A stretch of DNA of 63,986 nt, filler included, from Lama guanicoe (Eukaryota), in NCBI GenBank assembly GCA_013239625.1. It is 211 parts of 211 records of this genome, joined end to end, with 100 filler letters (N's around TTAATTAATTAA, not from the genome) between each part and the next. Parts side by side here need not be neighbours in the genome. Positions count along the whole stretch, not along the records: positions 61,655 to 61,858 come from PNXV01032478.1; positions 61,959 to 62,162 come from PNXV01032479.1; positions 62,263 to 62,466 come from PNXV01032480.1; positions 62,567 to 62,770 come from PNXV01032481.1; positions 62,871 to 63,074 come from PNXV01032482.1; positions 63,175 to 63,378 come from PNXV01032483.1; positions 63,479 to 63,682 come from PNXV01032484.1; positions 63,783 to 63,986 come from PNXV01032485.1; 203 more parts are not named here. One strand, given 5' to 3'. A program made the position numbers and the translations under genes. Below are positions 61,555 through 63,986 of the stretch, piece by piece (position 1 is the stretch's first letter; each line of letters opens with the position of its first letter). Below the pieces are notes generated by a model, which searched no databases, was not told where the DNA came from, and was given only the letters and a program-made list of their open reading frames with translations.

Positions 61555-63174
61555 NNNNNNNNNNNNNNNNNNNNNNNNNNNNNNNNNNNNNNNNNNNNTT
61601 AATTAATTAANNNNNNNNNNNNNNNNNNNNNNNNNNNNNNNNNNNNNNNNNNNNCAGCAATCCTGAGATAGAGATGTTGCCTAATTGAATCAGAGTGTTG
61701 AGGATGATTGTGCAAAAAGTCTCAGTTAAATATCGGGTGGGGATGAGAGTAGGGGTTAAATGAGTATAAAAGACATTTTAAGTCCCCCGAATTCCTGAAT
61801 CTGCATTAATTTTATGTTTGTTCTGCAAGGCTCCTTGTTAGTTTTCAAAGGAAGGCCANNNNNNNNNNNNNNNNNNNNNNNNNNNNNNNNNNNNNNNNNN
61901 NNTTAATTAATTAANNNNNNNNNNNNNNNNNNNNNNNNNNNNNNNNNNNNNNNNNNNNACTCCAGAGCCTGGCCATCCTTTCATGCCCCGCAGCCTACCC
62001 CCTCCCTTTTCTCCCATTGCATAAGGAGGCTCTTAAACATTTTTCCAGGAATGAGTGAATGTAGTGATGCTGTGACAAGGACCTCAACAGAGCTGCTGGT
62101 ACACTGTGTTCCTTCAACAGTACATCCTTCCCCCTCCCCTGCCCCCACTCCTCCACGCTGAGNNNNNNNNNNNNNNNNNNNNNNNNNNNNNNNNNNNNNN
62201 NNNNNNTTAATTAATTAANNNNNNNNNNNNNNNNNNNNNNNNNNNNNNNNNNNNNNNNNNNNGAGAACACGGCATGGTCCTGGAGGTAAAATGCATGAAA
62301 AAGAGCAGGGGGCCTCTCTGACTGGTCCCCTGCAGTTGTCACACTCAGAATTCCCCACGCTGAGCCTCCCGCTGGTCTCAGGGAGCTTTGAAATCTGCCT
62401 GCCTCCGGGGTTCTTATAGCAGCGGGTTCTGCCCTGGGAGCTGTGACTCTCCAAGCCTGCCCGGCTNNNNNNNNNNNNNNNNNNNNNNNNNNNNNNNNNN
62501 NNNNNNNNNNTTAATTAATTAANNNNNNNNNNNNNNNNNNNNNNNNNNNNNNNNNNNNNNNNNNNNGTCGTGCAGTTCAGTTGTACAAAGGCCTCTTTCT
62601 AATTCAAGTATATTTGCTAGAGGAACAAAACATTTAGTCGGGGTTATGAAAGATCCTTTAAAAATAAGTCAATTACATCACTGTCGCCCTTGTCATCAAC
62701 AAATTTAGCAACTATGCGGTTTATTTTTATGTTGAGTCTTTGTGCAGTGTGCCTTCTACAAACAATAAATNNNNNNNNNNNNNNNNNNNNNNNNNNNNNN
62801 NNNNNNNNNNNNNNTTAATTAATTAANNNNNNNNNNNNNNNNNNNNNNNNNNNNNNNNNNNNNNNNNNNNTCCTTTTCATCACTGCTGTCTTATAAATGT
62901 CTGTCTGGAATGCGACCATGGGCAGGGGCTGGTGTCTGGCTGCTCGGCGGTGGGCCCTGGGGGAAAGGGTAGCCACAAGATGTCCCCACCCTTCTGGGTG
63001 CCCTCAGGAATTTGAAAACCAGAGCAGCAGCGGCAGCTTCCTTCTCACTGCAGCCAGATGCTTTCCTTGATGGGNNNNNNNNNNNNNNNNNNNNNNNNNN
63101 NNNNNNNNNNNNNNNNNNTTAATTAATTAANNNNNNNNNNNNNNNNNNNNNNNNNNNNNNNNNNNNNNNNNNNN

Positions 63175-63378
63175 GATACAGAGATTTCCTACGTACCTCC
63201 TGCCCCTACACATGAATAGCCTCTCGTTACCAACATCCCCAGCAGATGGCACATTTGTTACAATTGATGAATGCGCATTGACATCATTATCACCCAAAGT
63301 TTACAGCTTAAATTAGGGTTTGCTCTTGCTGTTGTACATTCTATAGATTTAGATGAAATTATAATGATATGTACCTGC
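63175..63378 (-). mobile_element. L1M 3' UTR fragment
   Basis: cacatttgttacaattgatgaa...attatcacccaaagt...ttagggtt...gttgtacattctat. Confidence 0.88.
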
Positions 63379-63478
63379 NNNNNNNNNNNNNNNNNNNNNN
63401 NNNNNNNNNNNNNNNNNNNNNNTTAATTAATTAANNNNNNNNNNNNNNNNNNNNNNNNNNNNNNNNNNNNNNNNNNNN

Positions 63479-63682
63479 TTTATGAATTTTCTGTGTATTT
63501 TGAAAATTAATCCCTTATTGGGTATCACTTGTAAATGTCTTCTGCCATTTAGTAGATGACCTTTTCATTTTGTTGATGGTTCCCCATGTTTTGCAAGAGC
63601 GTTTTAGTTTGATGTAGTCCCGTTTGCTTATGTTTGCTTTTGTTGCCCTTCTCTAAGGAGACGGAGCTAAAAATTATTGCTA
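63479..63682 (-). mobile_element. L1 ORF2 fragment
   Basis: ccttttcattttgttgatggtt...ttttagtttgatgtagtcccgtttg...tttgcttttgttgcc. Confidence 0.92.
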
Positions 63683-63986
63683 NNNNNNNNNNNNNNNNNN
63701 NNNNNNNNNNNNNNNNNNNNNNNNNNTTAATTAATTAANNNNNNNNNNNNNNNNNNNNNNNNNNNNNNNNNNNNNNNNNNNNGGCCCTTGAAATCAAGTG
63801 TTGAGGAGGGAGACGCTGAGGGAGAAGAGACGACTGCAAAGGAGGCAGGGACAAGAGCTGGAGGCAGCACGGGGACTGGGGAGAGAAGAAAGGGCGTGTG
63901 AACAAAGGGCAGGGGAGCGTGCGGATGCACACGGAGAGCAGGAGCAGGTTCAAAGGCTCATACAAACAGCAGGCAGGAGAGTCAGC

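Noticed and set aside
248..63738. CRISPR-like or nanochromosome-like array of TTAATTAATTAA repeats with unique ~204-bp spacers
   Set aside because: The repeat is always embedded in exactly 44+44 Ns and is a designed six-frame stop. The 'spacers' are ordinary mammalian fragments sorted by length, and there are no cas genes.
20..63965. Most ORFs in the supplied track (60-85 aa ending in X runs, LIN or N)
   Set aside because: They pass the length cut-off only by reading through about 15 N codons, they end in the linker, and many use GTG/TTG starts that are not meaningful for a mammal.

Overview
This window is not contiguous genomic DNA. It is an artificial concatenation of 211 unrelated short contigs (58 of 203 bp and 153 of 204 bp, roughly size-sorted), joined by 210 identical 100-bp spacers (44 N + TTAATTAATTAA + 44 N, which puts a stop in all six frames). 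Only 42,986 bases are real sequence and adjacency between fragments has no meaning, so no multi-gene system can be inferred, and most listed ORFs are artefacts of reading into Ns. The source is a placental mammal (L1, L2, MIR, MLT1, Tigger1, MER2, MER5, ERVL), most likely a camelid, judging from a Vic-1-like tRNA-derived SINE and L1 3' UTRs. Recognisable gene pieces are a fast skeletal myosin heavy chain (two exon parts plus a 91-bp intron), an OCA2 exon, the POU3F3 N-terminus with its polyalanine tract, a GBP4/6/7-type exon with an in-frame stop, a decayed hemicentin-like Ig exon and a probable ARID4B 5' UTR. Three near-duplicate contig pairs share exactly 49 identical bases at both ends, which marks them as de Bruijn bubble branches (k about 49-50). 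The best biological leads are an open ERV env-like fragment, the apparently pseudogenised HMCN2-like exon and the GBP stop codon. Gene and repeat identities come from recalled sequences, not from searches.
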